IMG/VR virus record: IMGVR_UViG_3300044836_000034
Coordinates: 1,330 to 65,329 of that record
Direction: 5' to 3' (one strand)
DNA length: 64,000 nucleotides
From: a virus
Lineage: Duplodnaviria; Caudoviricetes
Below the pieces are notes generated by a model. The model was not told the origin of the DNA. It made no database searches and was given only the letters and a program-made list of their open reading frames with translations. Every line of letters begins with the position of its first letter. Within the stretch, counting starts at the first letter, position 1. Below are positions 43,632-53,913 of the stretch, piece after piece. The translations under genes were made by a program, and so were the position numbers.

Positions 43632-45170
43632 ATGAGCATCATCGACAGCGTACTGGCGTGGTGGCGAAACAGCGGCATTGAACCGCTCCACTTCCTTGAC
43701 GACGTGGAACCGCAGCCGCATCAGCAGTCGCGGTCTCTCCGCAGCATCAGCGGCGTCGACGTGCCTGACGTTGGCCGCTCCTCGGTCGAGTCGAACATGC
43801 CGGATCGGATGCGCTCCGCGCTCGGCTACTGGGGCGGCGTTTCGCCGATCATCGACTTCAGGGCGCTCGCGCTGCTCAAACATTTCTGGATATTCAACCC
43901 CGACTTTAGTCAGTACGTGCAGAACATCATCAACATGACGAACACCGGGCACACGTTGACTGTGACCGCCTCGTCGAAGCGACGCGCCGAGCAGGCACTG
44001 ACCCGCCTCAACGAGTCGGCCGCGCGGATCTACCGCATCGGTGCGGGCGTAGACGGACTCGTTAACGCCTATCTCGCGCAGGCCGCATGGTCGGGCGCGA
44101 TCTCCTCCGAGGACGTTGTTGACTTCGGGGCGCGACGGGTTGAGAAGGTCGTGATGGTGCCGGTCGAGCAGATTAGATTTCGGTACATCGACGATGAGTA
44201 CGTGCCACACCAGCAGCCGGGCGTGGGCGCTGGATTCGTGCGTTCGCCGCTCGGCCTCATCCCACTGAACCCGGTCACATATCGCTACTACGCCACGCAG
44301 ACCGTCGAGAACAGTCCTTATGCGAAGCCACCGGCGACGGCAGCGCTTGATCCCATCATGGGGCCGCAGAAAGACCTGCTTGAAAACATTAAGTACGTGG
44401 CGAAGAAGTTCGGGCTCTTCGGCCTCATCTCCATCAGCATTAAGAAGCCCGACCCGGAGTCGGGCGAGTCGACGCAAGCATACCAGTCGCGGTTACGCAC
44501 CTATCAATCCCAAGTCGCGGCGGCGGCGCGCGGAGTGTCGAGCACTGGAATAATCGTCACCTATGAGGATCAGACCCTTGAACACAAAGCCATTACGTCT
44601 GACAGCCGCGGCGTTGAGGAATTCTGGAAGATGAGCGAGGGGCAGGTGTTCTCTGCTATGTCTTCACATCCCGTCTTCCATGGTCGTCCTGATTCGAGCA
44701 CGGAGACTTACGCGAACGTGGTCTACAACTTCATGCTGGCGCAGGGACACAACTTCCAGCGACCGGTGAAGCGCAGGCAGGAACGGACTTACCGCCTCGA
44801 CCTGATGCTCGCGGGGCTTGTCATCGAAGGGCTAGCGATGACGTTCAACCGCGAGCCTGCCCGCAACCCGCTCCAGCAAGCGCAGGCCGATCTGCTCAAC
44901 GATAACCGCTCGATACTCAAGGCGGAGAAGGGCATCATTTCGCCCGATCAGGCCGCGCAGGAGATGGGTTACGAGTCGGCGTTCGACCCAAAGCTCATCA
45001 ACAACAATCCGGACGCAGCGCAGCATCTCCAGCGCCTAGCGCTCAGCGGTGCATCGCCGAGCGAAGGCCGCGTCGTCGTGCGTTTCAACCGCGACTCGCA
45101 GAGCTACGTGTACGTGCCTGAGACTATCAACGCGCCGAGCCTCTCGGAGACGGAGGACGTTGCCGCCTGA
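43632..45170 (+). CDS. Portal protein
   Basis: 512 aa between terL and the head genes, GAGGAG RBS. Confidence 0.7.
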   Translation: MSIIDSVLAWWRNSGIEPLHFLDDVEPQPHQQSRSLRSISGVDVPDVGRSSVESNMPDRMRSALGYWGGVSPIIDFRALALLKHFWIFNPDFSQYVQNIINMTNTGHTLTVTASSKRRAEQALTRLNESAARIYRIGAGVDGLVNAYLAQAAWSGAISSEDVVDFGARRVEKVVMVPVEQIRFRYIDDEYVPHQQPGVGAGFVRSPLGLIPLNPVTYRYYATQTVENSPYAKPPATAALDPIMGPQKDLLENIKYVAKKFGLFGLISISIKKPDPESGESTQAYQSRLRTYQSQVAAAARGVSSTGIIVTYEDQTLEHKAITSDSRGVEEFWKMSEGQVFSAMSSHPVFHGRPDSSTETYANVVYNFMLAQGHNFQRPVKRRQERTYRLDLMLAGLVIEGLAMTFNREPARNPLQQAQADLLNDNRSILKAEKGIISPDQAAQEMGYESAFDPKLINNNPDAAQHLQRLALSGASPSEGRVVVRFNRDSQSYVYVPETINAPSLSETEDVAA

Positions 45171-45481
45171 TGACGCGCGCAGTTCGAAAACCTACGCGGG
45201 TGCAGCTCCTCGCGGCCGGGCTGTGTCGCAACTACGCGCGTTGTGGGAACGCGCGCGGGGCGGACGGCACTAACATCGAGTGCCGTCCGTGCGCCGACGA
45301 GCGCAACCTTCAGAACGCAGGACGCTTGAGCGTCAAACGCGGCGAGTGGGCGGCTAAAGGTCTATGTCTCGGTTGCGGCGGCGAGCGTGATAATGAGACC
45401 AAGCGCTGCGACGACTGCCGTGAGCTTCAGGCCAGCTACGACCGCGCGAGCTACCTCCAGAGGCTTCAACAAGCCTCTTGA
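45170..45481 (+). CDS. Cys-rich Zn-finger protein
   Basis: Repeated AxGLCxxC...CxxC units. Confidence 0.55.
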   Translation: MTRAVRKPTRVQLLAAGLCRNYARCGNARGADGTNIECRPCADERNLQNAGRLSVKRGEWAAKGLCLGCGGERDNETKRCDDCRELQASYDRASYLQRLQQAS

Positions 45482-45502
45482 CCCTCCCGATTGTGTGCCA
45501 CA

Positions 45503-45529
45503 TCTACCACAGCGGCACATATAGCACAC
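45503..45529 (+). promoter_or_regulatory. Late promoter/activator motif, copy 2
   Basis: TCTACCACAGCGGCACATATAGCACAC upstream of the head operon. Confidence 0.65.
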
Positions 45530-45640
45530 CCTCTTCGATGTAGTCACAGCCGCAAGCCTCACGCTTGTACTCATAATGCGTGCCGTCACGAGGCTTCCAC
45601 CGCGGAGGTCACTTCCGTAGCTCCCTTCCATAGAGCGCCC

Positions 45641-46933
45641 ATGACGACCAAGAACAAACACGGCTTCGAGTTCACGATTCAGAACGAGACGCGCAAGGTT
45701 GCCAGTTTTCACATGCGCATGCCGGTAGCCGGTAGGTTCGGCGTCGGCGCGAAGCCGCATGCGGCCGAAGGGCTGGCGCGCTTCGACGTAACGCGAGGCG
45801 TTGACCGTGAGGCGATTGGTCTCGGGCCGGATCCTGCTGCGTCGTCGCTCGCACCGCTCACGCAGAGCGCCCCGGACTTCACGACCTTCGATGACGTGAA
45901 GCCGAAGGATTCGGACTACATCTTCCCGCTCTTCCGCGCACTGAGTAAGGCGGTCATCGAGGGTCACTGGCTCGACTTCACGGGGGGCAACGTCCTCAAG
46001 GACTCAATGCCCCTCCTCGAAGCTCAGACGGTCTACAAGAACCACTACTTCTACGACGTAGAGCGGTGGGTCGGCGTCGTCAACCAGGTCGCCTGGGATG
46101 AGCAGGGCGAGCAGACAGACGGCGTGCCCGGCATCAATGCCGAGTTGAAGATCGACTGGAAGGTCAACCCTCTAATTGCGCGCGGCCTGCTGATGGAGCC
46201 GCCCGCAATCCACTCCGTCTCCGTGACGGTGCTCGCCGAGTTCGAGCCCTCCCATCCGGCGCTGTGGGAGGAAAGCAAGTGGACGTTCTACGACATGCTG
46301 GGCGAGGAACTGGGCGGCGAGATCGTCCGCTTCATCGTCACGAAGATTCTGGCCTATTGGGAGATCAGTCTCGTCTTTCAGGGGGCCGACACACGCGCCA
46401 ACGTGGACGACGTACTCGACGCCGCCCGCGAGCAACTGAGCGCCGACAGCGCTCGCAGGACGCAGCAGGCGGTCGCGCCGCCCGTTGCACAACCGACAAA
46501 CAGCGAGAGGAGCAGCAAGAAAGTGAAACTCACCGCAGAGCGCAAAAAGAAGCTCGGCTTGGAGGCGCACCAGGGCGAGGAAGTAGACGACGAGATCGTG
46601 CTGCGCGTAGTTGACGACCTCGTCACACGCGCCGAGGCGGGGACGACGCTGCTCGACGCCGAGCGACAGGAAGTTCTCTCGCTCGCGGCGGTGGCCGAGG
46701 GCGTCGCCGAAGGCGAGACGCTGCCGGAGGCTATTGCCGAGTCCATCAACGGCGCGAGCGCGACGACGCTCGCGAAGCAGAAGGCCCATTACGAAAAGAA
46801 GGCGGCGGAGAAATTCACCTCCCGCTGCAACAAGTGCGGCTCAACTGACGTGGCGAACCGCTCGTCAGTCGAGGCCGTGCCGCACGAGGTCGGCGCGCAG
46901 AAGAAGCCCGCGAGGCGCGTCAAGCTCCACTAA
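45641..46933 (+). CDS. Prohead protease/scaffold-like protein
   Basis: Position before decoration and capsid genes; helical acidic C-terminus. Confidence 0.55.
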   Translation: MTTKNKHGFEFTIQNETRKVASFHMRMPVAGRFGVGAKPHAAEGLARFDVTRGVDREAIGLGPDPAASSLAPLTQSAPDFTTFDDVKPKDSDYIFPLFRALSKAVIEGHWLDFTGGNVLKDSMPLLEAQTVYKNHYFYDVERWVGVVNQVAWDEQGEQTDGVPGINAELKIDWKVNPLIARGLLMEPPAIHSVSVTVLAEFEPSHPALWEESKWTFYDMLGEELGGEIVRFIVTKILAYWEISLVFQGADTRANVDDVLDAAREQLSADSARRTQQAVAPPVAQPTNSERSSKKVKLTAERKKKLGLEAHQGEEVDDEIVLRVVDDLVTRAEAGTTLLDAERQEVLSLAAVAEGVAEGETLPEAIAESINGASATTLAKQKAHYEKKAAEKFTSRCNKCGSTDVANRSSVEAVPHEVGAQKKPARRVKLH

Positions 46934-46979
46934 GGCGGGCCGCAGCCTTTCACCCCAAGCAGCACAGGAGAACTAACCG

Positions 46980-47375
46980 ATGCCAGTGAAGCTCAGAGCG
47001 CAAGTCGAAGGGCTGTCGATAATCGCGACGGTCGTAACCGCAGCCCTGCCGAAGGACACCATCGTCGCCATCACCGGCGACATGACCGTTGACAAGGCCG
47101 GGGCCAACGCTAAGTCGGTCGGCCGCTTGTTCGTGCCGTCGCGCACCGCGAACGCCCAAGGCACGGTCGAGACCCGCTTCAAGGAGCGAATCGAGATCAA
47201 GGCTCTCGGCGCTATCGCAGCCAATGACGACGTGAAGCTCGCCGCGCCCGACGGCACGACCGGCGAGAACCGCGTCGCGCCGTTCGTCGAGGGTACGGAC
47301 GCCGAGTCGCGACGCTTCGGCCGGTGCTGGAAGGGCGGCGCTGACGGGGCAACGGTCGAGGTGCTGACCTACTAG
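46980..47375 (+). CDS. Head decoration protein
   Basis: 131-aa beta-rich protein directly before the major capsid gene. Confidence 0.55.
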   Translation: MPVKLRAQVEGLSIIATVVTAALPKDTIVAITGDMTVDKAGANAKSVGRLFVPSRTANAQGTVETRFKERIEIKALGAIAANDDVKLAAPDGTTGENRVAPFVEGTDAESRRFGRCWKGGADGATVEVLTY

Positions 47376-47436
47376 CGGGGACGGCGTCGCCGCCCTCATC
47401 AACCGAGTCTGACAGATAACGAGGAGTTGACTGCTT

Positions 47437-48669
47437 ATGCCACCGACCGCAACAAACGGGCTGAACTACAAGATCGAGGAGATCGTGAAGTCGATGGAGG
47501 CCCAGCGCCAAGACGCCCAGGCCCCTCGCAACGTCTCCCTGCGCCAGTACCTCGCCGAAGAGTACGACGGGCTCGAAGCAGAGGCGCTCTACTCCGAGTT
47601 GGACGTAGACCCGTCGCGCACGACCGTCTCCGACCTGATGAAGGACGATCAGACCAAGTGGCTGATGCCCGAAATCGTTCGCGACGGCATCTACCGCGGC
47701 ATGGGCCTCGCGCAGCGCGAGGCGCTCAACGCGCTGTACGAGGCGGCTCTCAACGCGGCGGCGCATTCGTTCGCGCCGGTGACGAGCGAGGGCGGGACGG
47801 GCGGCACGCGCTGGATATCGCCGGAGGTCTTCACAGACCCCGTGATGCGCGGGGCGGTGCAGTCCGTCTTCTACCCCGACCTCGTCGTGCGCGAGGTGAC
47901 GGTCGGCAATATGACAGTCACCATGCCTTTCCTCGACCTGTCCGACGCGACGCTGAAGGAGTCGGGCGAAGGCGCGACCATCGAGGAAGGGTCGGTCATC
48001 TACGCCGACAAGAAGGTCAACGTGCGCAAGCGAGCGCGCGCCATCAAGACCACATACGAGGCCATCGAGTTCAACAACCTCGACCTCGTGCAGCTCTTCT
48101 TCGAGGACTTCGGCCGACTCCTCGGCCACACGCTCAACGGCGATGCCGTCCTCGCCATCATCAACGGCGATCAGGAGGACGGGAGCGAGGCCGCGCCGGT
48201 CATCGGCGTGCTCGACACTAACGCGGGCATCACGTACAAGGACGTGCTCAAAATCTGGGCTCGCCTCTCGATGCTCGGCCGCAGCTCGACCTCCATCATC
48301 GGCAACGAAACGTCGGGCGTTGACTACCTCACGCTCCCCGAGGTGCTGAAGCAGAACCAGCTAGGGCGTGCCATCGCGCCCACGCGCCTCAAGACGCCGC
48401 TCCCGACGATGCAGGACTTGTACCTGAGCATCAAGGTGCCGGGCAAGAAACTCGTCTTTCAGGACAGCTCGGCGTCGCTCGTGCAGCTTACGGCGCGGCC
48501 GTTGATGGTAGAGACCGAGAAGATCGTGATGAAGCAGATCACGGGCACGGCCGCCAGCATAATCACGGGCTTCGCCAAGCTAAACCGCAACGCCAGCGTC
48601 GTGCTGGACGGCGCGGTCGCGTTCTCATCGGCCGGCTGGCCTGCATGGATGTCGCCCTTCGCACAGTAA
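47437..48669 (+). CDS. Major capsid protein (HK97 fold)
   Basis: 410 aa; ESGEGATIEEG, KRARAIKTTYE; position. Confidence 0.8.
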   Translation: MPPTATNGLNYKIEEIVKSMEAQRQDAQAPRNVSLRQYLAEEYDGLEAEALYSELDVDPSRTTVSDLMKDDQTKWLMPEIVRDGIYRGMGLAQREALNALYEAALNAAAHSFAPVTSEGGTGGTRWISPEVFTDPVMRGAVQSVFYPDLVVREVTVGNMTVTMPFLDLSDATLKESGEGATIEEGSVIYADKKVNVRKRARAIKTTYEAIEFNNLDLVQLFFEDFGRLLGHTLNGDAVLAIINGDQEDGSEAAPVIGVLDTNAGITYKDVLKIWARLSMLGRSSTSIIGNETSGVDYLTLPEVLKQNQLGRAIAPTRLKTPLPTMQDLYLSIKVPGKKLVFQDSSASLVQLTARPLMVETEKIVMKQITGTAASIITGFAKLNRNASVVLDGAVAFSSAGWPAWMSPFAQ

Positions 48670-48695
48670 GGGAGACGCCGACGACACACATGACG

Positions 48696-48730
48696 GCAGA
48701 GGGCCGGCGGTGTAGGCGCCGGCCCTCTGC
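48696..48730 (+). terminator. Stem-loop after the capsid gene
   Basis: 14-bp stem GCAGAGGGCCGGCG/CGCCGGCCCTCTGC without a clear U-tract. Confidence 0.5.
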
Positions 48731-48751
48731 CTAGAAGAGAAGGGGGAACTG

Positions 48752-49141
48752 ATGGCGGACGAGAAAAAGGAAAAGTACAAGCTCAAAGACGCGGAGACGA
48801 GCTTCTACGACGACGAGACGGGCCTGAGCGTGACGCGCGACGAGACCGTCGAGATCGGCTCTGGTAAAGGCAAACGCACCGTCCTGATGATTAAGACGGG
48901 CGGTCTCCTCAAGGTGGACAGCTCTGCGGCCGAGGGCGGCGACTCGAAGGACACGAGCACCGCTCCGAAGAGCGGAAAGATCCCCGACGACTTCCCGCAC
49001 GCGAAAGTCCTCGCGGACAACGGGGTCACGACGTTCGCAAAGCTGTCGAAGATGGCGCGCGCGGAGATCGAGGGCCTGACGGGCGTCGGGCCGCAGTTCG
49101 CCGACGACATCGAAACGGCTCTCGGCAGGACGAAGAAATAA
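48752..49141 (+). CDS. Head-associated protein with C-terminal HhH motif
   Basis: EIEGLTGVGPQFADDI. Confidence 0.55.
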   Translation: MADEKKEKYKLKDAETSFYDDETGLSVTRDETVEIGSGKGKRTVLMIKTGGLLKVDSSAAEGGDSKDTSTAPKSGKIPDDFPHAKVLADNGVTTFAKLSKMARAEIEGLTGVGPQFADDIETALGRTKK

Positions 49142-49162
49142 CGTCGGACGGAGGGGCGCGGG

Positions 49163-49612
49163 GTGGCTGCGTACATAGACAAGCAGGACTACGTCAAGAG
49201 GCTTGGCGAAATTGAGGTCGTCAAGCTCTCTGACCTGAACAACACCGGCGAGGCCGACGACGAGCGCCTGAACGCGGCGGCGACGGCGGCCTCGTCAATG
49301 TTCGACTCCTACGTCCTCGCGCGCTACCCCGCGCCCATCACGGCCACACCGCTCGTAAAAAAGCTCGTCCTCGACATAGCCATCTACCAGCTCGCGTCAT
49401 CACTGCTGGAGACGGATGAGGGCAGGTACAAGATTTATCTCGACCAGTACAAGGCCGCAATCCAATTCCTCACCGCTGTGGCGGCCGGTAAGGCACAGCT
49501 CGACCAAACTACTGGAGTGGTGGACGCTGCGTATTCGGGCGATGTGCCGTTCATCATTGTGGAGGACGATCCTCCGACGTGCCTGGGCGTTACGCAGTGG
49601 CAGAGGCTCTAG
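49163..49612 (+). CDS. Head-tail adaptor, Mu gp36/DUF1320-like
   Basis: ASSMFDSYVLARY...DIAIYQL...YKAAIQFLTAVAAGK. Confidence 0.8.
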   Translation: MAAYIDKQDYVKRLGEIEVVKLSDLNNTGEADDERLNAAATAASSMFDSYVLARYPAPITATPLVKKLVLDIAIYQLASSLLETDEGRYKIYLDQYKAAIQFLTAVAAGKAQLDQTTGVVDAAYSGDVPFIIVEDDPPTCLGVTQWQRL

Positions 49613-49626
49613 TGCGGTCGTGAGTC

Positions 49627-50043
49627 ATGGCGGAGATAGTCGGCTACAACCAGCTCCTTGAAAGGCTCGAAGAACTGCGGAGGCGTGCGCAGGACGCGAC
49701 GCCGGGGCTGGACCGTGCGGCGGACATAGCGCTCGAATCCGTCCGGGAGAGCTTCGAAGCCGGAGGGCGTCCCGCATGGGCGCCGCACGCGGTCGCGACG
49801 CTCGCCAACATGATCGGCCCGCGGCGACTGCTCATTGAGTCAGGCGACTTAATGAACTCCTTCCGCAAGCAGGTCGGCCGCAACTCGGCGACAGTGTTCC
49901 CCACCGACTGGAAGGCTGCTTTCCATGAGAGGGGGACTGAGGTCGGTGGCAAGCCGCACATCCCCGCGAGGCCGTTCATGCACCTTCAGCCAGAAGACGT
50001 TTCGATGATAGGCGAGGCGTTCGGAGAGTACCTGTTCTCGTGA
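49627..50043 (+). CDS. Virion morphogenesis / tail completion protein (Mu gpG-like)
   Basis: LIESGDLMNS, AAFHERG, IPARPFM. Confidence 0.85.
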   Translation: MAEIVGYNQLLERLEELRRRAQDATPGLDRAADIALESVRESFEAGGRPAWAPHAVATLANMIGPRRLLIESGDLMNSFRKQVGRNSATVFPTDWKAAFHERGTEVGGKPHIPARPFMHLQPEDVSMIGEAFGEYLFS

Positions 50044-50711
50044 CGACGGAATTTCTCACTCGTGTGATGTGGATACTCCGCGGCATGGCCGCGGAGTTGA
50101 AAGCGTCCGTCGGCATCGGCGAGCCAGCCAACGGGTACGTGAAGACCATAGTCGTGCGGACGGGCCAGCTCAACCGCGAGGGCATGCGCGAGACGGTTCA
50201 GTCGGCGATGAAAGCGGGAGTCGTCACGCCCTTCATCATCCTCTCTTACGTGCTCGGGAACGACGTTCAGGTAGGCGGCGACGGCGGCGTCGCTGACGAG
50301 CCGCTGACTTTCCGCCATGACTGCGCGTTCCTGGCCATGGTCGTTGCCTCCGACGCACGCGGGCAGGAGGTGCAGATCGTCGGCAGCGCCGTCCAGCCGG
50401 GCGTCATCGAGATGGCCGCGCACGTGCGCGAAGTGCTGACCGGACTTCAGCTCAAAGTGAAGGTCGAGGACGAAGGCGATGACTACGACGCGAACGAGAC
50501 GCCCCTCGTGCCCGCGGGGCTTGAGCCTGTTGACAAGCTTCCTAATGTCTCGGCTTACGCAGTCCACTTTCTGACTTCTTTCTTCTGGCAATCCAAGGAC
50601 AGGCGACAACAGCCGGTGCGCTTGGACTTGATCAACTTCGGCATTGACCCGCTGAACGGCGAAGGGGCCAGCTCGACCGAGGCTCCCGGCGTTCACGGTT
50701 CCACCACTTGA
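50040..50711 (+). CDS. Tail terminator-like neck protein
   Basis: Position between the neck genes and the sheath. Confidence 0.5.
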   Translation: MTTEFLTRVMWILRGMAAELKASVGIGEPANGYVKTIVVRTGQLNREGMRETVQSAMKAGVVTPFIILSYVLGNDVQVGGDGGVADEPLTFRHDCAFLAMVVASDARGQEVQIVGSAVQPGVIEMAAHVREVLTGLQLKVKVEDEGDDYDANETPLVPAGLEPVDKLPNVSAYAVHFLTSFFWQSKDRRQQPVRLDLINFGIDPLNGEGASSTEAPGVHGSTT

Positions 50712-50724
50712 GGAGGCGCGTTCA

Positions 50725-50952
50725 ATGAAAGTTACGGTCGTCAACGAAGGCTCAGAGCCGGTCATGCTCGACGACGGCACGCAGATCGGCGCGGCTTATA
50801 CGTCGGAGTCGAGGCGCGTGGTTACGCTGAGCGAGCGCGACCGCGCGCTATACGTCAGGCCGGGGAGGCTGGCCGTCGTCGAAGACGGCGCGGGCACTTC
50901 GGCGCAGGCCCATACGCCCGAGGCGGGCAAAGGCGGGAGGGGAGACAAATGA
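50725..50952 (+). CDS. Small pre-sheath protein
   Basis: 75 aa, GAGGAGG RBS, overlaps the sheath start. Confidence 0.55.
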   Translation: MKVTVVNEGSEPVMLDDGTQIGAAYTSESRRVVTLSERDRALYVRPGRLAVVEDGAGTSAQAHTPEAGKGGRGDK

Positions 50953-52550
50953 GTTTCATCAAAGGCACAGCCGCTCCGGGCGTATACGCCTCGGTCAATA
51001 CTGGGCTCATCGGCGGCCCGGTAAGGCCCGGCACTTCAGACACCGGCTTCTTCGTAATCTACTCGACGTGGGGGGCGGTGAACGTCGCCAGATCGGTCAC
51101 TGGCCTAACCGAGCTGACATCGAAGTTCGGCGGCCTGAGCCCGAACAGCCACGGCATCAACGCCCTCTATAACTTCTTCCGGCAGGGCGGACAGCGCGCC
51201 TACGTCGTGCGCGTCGTCGGTGCCGGCGCGGCCGTCGCGACCGCGACGCTGAACGACCGCGCGGGTACGCCTATCGCGACGATCCGCGTGGACGCGAAGT
51301 ATCCCTCCTCGGTCGTAGACGTGCGCTTCAAGGTCGAGGCGGGCAGCGTGGCTAACACCGTGAAGCTCACGGTGTGGAGCAATAAGCTCGGCTCGGCCGC
51401 GCCCGTCGAGGTCTTCGACAACCTCAAGCTCACGTTCACGACGCAGGAGTTGGACGACATCAGCAACAACTTGTCGCGCCTGACGACGATTCAGAACGTC
51501 AACGCGCTCTCCAACCTCGTGAAGCTCACGAACCTCAACAGCGCGACGGTCGCTCCGAACAACCTGCCCGCGCTCTCGACGGTCGTCTCCGGCGTGGTGC
51601 AGGAGACTGTGCTCGCGGGCGGCAACGACGACTTTGCAAGTATCACCGACGCGACCTACATCGGCACGGACGACGGGATAACGAAGACCGGCCTACAGGT
51701 CTTCGCCGACGAGGACTTCGGCACTGGTCAGGTAATGCTGCCGGGCGTCACGACGCAGGCCGCCCAAGCGGCTATTGATGCTCACTGTCGAACCTTCTTC
51801 CGCATCGGCATCCTCGATCTGCCCTTGGGGACTGACCGCGACGGAGCGATCACCGCGCGCCGCCTCGTCGGCTCTTCATACACGACCATGTACTGGCCGT
51901 GGATACAACAGAACGACTTCGAAGGGACTGGCACTAAGAAGTTCTACCCGCCGTCGGGCGCGGTCGCGGGTGTCTACGCGAGGGCGGAGGACGAAGTCGG
52001 CATCCACAAGGCTCCGGCCAACTACGTCCTCGACAACGTGCTGGACGTGGAGCATGCGTCGAACGGCGCGCAGCAGGTGAACCAAGCGTCGCGCGCGCTT
52101 CTCAACGCGAACGAGGTCAATGTCATCGCGCCCTTCCCCGGCGTGGGCGTTAAGGTCTACGGCGCGCGAGTGCTCGCGTCTTTCGGTCGCGTGACGGCCG
52201 TCCACCAGCAGAGGGTTCTCAACAGGATTTATTACGACCTGAAGAGTGCCTATCAGCAATTCCCGTTCGCGCCGCTCGACTTCGAGGGCAAGCTCTTCCG
52301 CGAAGTCCGCTCGATCACTGAGCAGTACCTGAGCCTGCTCTACCGCTCCGGCGCGCTGACGAGCGTGACGGGCAAGGAGGACGACGCGTACCTCGTCGTC
52401 TGCGACGCGAGCAACAACCCGCCAGCGTCCCTCGACCTGCATCAACTCAACGTGTCGGTGCATGTCCACATCGTCGAGATGGCGGAGATGGTCATACTCG
52501 ACATCAACAACGTGCCGCTCTCGACAAACTTGAGCGCGCTCAACCGCTGA
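50949..52550 (+). CDS. Contractile tail sheath protein
   Basis: APGVY, YWPW, PPSGAVAG, GIHKAPAN, NEVNVI, VYGAR. Confidence 0.95.
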   Translation: MSFIKGTAAPGVYASVNTGLIGGPVRPGTSDTGFFVIYSTWGAVNVARSVTGLTELTSKFGGLSPNSHGINALYNFFRQGGQRAYVVRVVGAGAAVATATLNDRAGTPIATIRVDAKYPSSVVDVRFKVEAGSVANTVKLTVWSNKLGSAAPVEVFDNLKLTFTTQELDDISNNLSRLTTIQNVNALSNLVKLTNLNSATVAPNNLPALSTVVSGVVQETVLAGGNDDFASITDATYIGTDDGITKTGLQVFADEDFGTGQVMLPGVTTQAAQAAIDAHCRTFFRIGILDLPLGTDRDGAITARRLVGSSYTTMYWPWIQQNDFEGTGTKKFYPPSGAVAGVYARAEDEVGIHKAPANYVLDNVLDVEHASNGAQQVNQASRALLNANEVNVIAPFPGVGVKVYGARVLASFGRVTAVHQQRVLNRIYYDLKSAYQQFPFAPLDFEGKLFREVRSITEQYLSLLYRSGALTSVTGKEDDAYLVVCDASNNPPASLDLHQLNVSVHVHIVEMAEMVILDINNVPLSTNLSALNR

Positions 52551-52614
52551 CCCGTTCGCTCGGCGATAGGACGCGGCCCTTTAATGATCGGGGCCGGACA
52601 AGGAGAAAGCTCGA

Positions 52615-53058
52615 ATGTCTACACCGCAGAACCGAATCACTTCGGCCAACCGTTACAGAGTCGAGATTGACGGCCTCCCAACCATCTACGCCACGCAGGC
52701 AGACCTGCCGGAGAAGAAGGCGGGCCTGCACGAGCATCAAGCGGGCACTCAAGTCTTGCCGGAGTACGGGCCGTCCACGGTCACTATCTCCGAGTTCACA
52801 TTCCGTCACGCGACGGGGAAGAACAACGTAGACCGCTCGCTGATGATTTGGTTCAACTCCTTCAACATAGACGGTCTCCCCGACAAGCGCAGCGCGCGCG
52901 TCGTCCAGTACGACCACACTGGCCGCGTGCCTTTGCGCACGTACGAACTCTTCAACTGCTGCCCGTCCTCCTACAAGCCGGAGCAGCTCGCGGGCAAGAG
53001 CAACGATACGGCGGAATTCAGCTTCAGCCTCCAGCCCGAAGACTTCGACATCATCTAG
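52615..53058 (+). CDS. Tail tube protein (T4 gp19-like)
   Basis: YRVEIDG, YELFNCCPSSY, follows the sheath. Confidence 0.85.
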   Translation: MSTPQNRITSANRYRVEIDGLPTIYATQADLPEKKAGLHEHQAGTQVLPEYGPSTVTISEFTFRHATGKNNVDRSLMIWFNSFNIDGLPDKRSARVVQYDHTGRVPLRTYELFNCCPSSYKPEQLAGKSNDTAEFSFSLQPEDFDII

Positions 53059-53087
53059 CCGCGCGTGCGCGCGGCGTGAGGCCACAG

Positions 53088-53792
53088 ATGACAGAGAAAA
53101 TTATCCGACTACATTTCGGCTACGAGCGTGGCACGGAGACGCTGCGCGACGTGGTCATCAGCCGCCGCGTGACCGGCAGCGACCTGTTCAGGATCGCGGA
53201 CGAGGGCGATGGGCAGAGCCAGACGCAGTTTCAGTTAATGGTGCTTCAGTCGGCCATCACGAAGTTCGGCGATCTGAAGATGCCAGTCCCGATGAACGTG
53301 CTCCTGAGCCTGAAGCGCCCCGACCGGAAACGCATCGCCGACGCCTACGACGCGCTGGTCGCGGAGACGACGGACAGAGCCTCAAAGTCCGAGAAGCTCG
53401 GCGAAGGCCGCTACAAGCTCGCGCGCGGCTTCGACGTGGAGGGCACGGTCTACGACGTGGTCGAGTTCGGCAATCACCTGACCGGCTATGACGAGCTTGA
53501 GGCCGACGAGATGGGTGGTTACCGCAAGGTCTGCTTCCTCATCGGCAAAGAACTCACGCGCATCTCTCAGTCGTCTGGCCCCGCCGTGCTGAGTGGCCCC
53601 TTCGCGGTCGAGATGTTCGAGCCCCTGTTGGCGGAGGAGGTGTTCGCGCTCCAGCGCTTCGAGACTGACTGGTACAACTCCTTTCGTGACGACGGCGACG
53701 ACGGCGCGGGCGAGGTGGCCGATGCGGGTGGAGGTGGCGTTTCTGATGATGCACCTCAACCAGCCGGAGGCCACGGTACTGGGGTGGAGTAA
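53088..53792 (+). CDS. Tail assembly chaperone G
   Basis: Between tube and tape measure genes. Confidence 0.7.
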   Translation: MTEKIIRLHFGYERGTETLRDVVISRRVTGSDLFRIADEGDGQSQTQFQLMVLQSAITKFGDLKMPVPMNVLLSLKRPDRKRIADAYDALVAETTDRASKSEKLGEGRYKLARGFDVEGTVYDVVEFGNHLTGYDELEADEMGGYRKVCFLIGKELTRISQSSGPAVLSGPFAVEMFEPLLAEEVFALQRFETDWYNSFRDDGDDGAGEVADAGGGGVSDDAPQPAGGHGTGVE

Positions 53793-53853
53793 CGAAGTCA
53801 GAGGCGAATACGTTGAAGCCACTCTGTTTCTCCTGACGCCGAAAAAAGATTGA
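53679..53853 (+). other. Putative +1 programmed frameshift site and chaperone T extension
   Basis: In-frame TCC TTT CGT (53679-53687); the +1 frame encodes ...EVAFLMMHLNQPEATVLGW...EYV to stop 53853. Confidence 0.55.
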
Positions 53854-53913
53854 GGCGCGACGGCCACCCGACGACAAAGAAGGCGTGGCCGTTGCTCTTC
53901 TTAGCACCCGCTC

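Noticed and set aside
45494-45511. P2 Ogr-type TGT-N12-ACA site
   Set aside because: Present at copy 2 of the late motif but the spacing is N13 at copy 1; too short to be significant.
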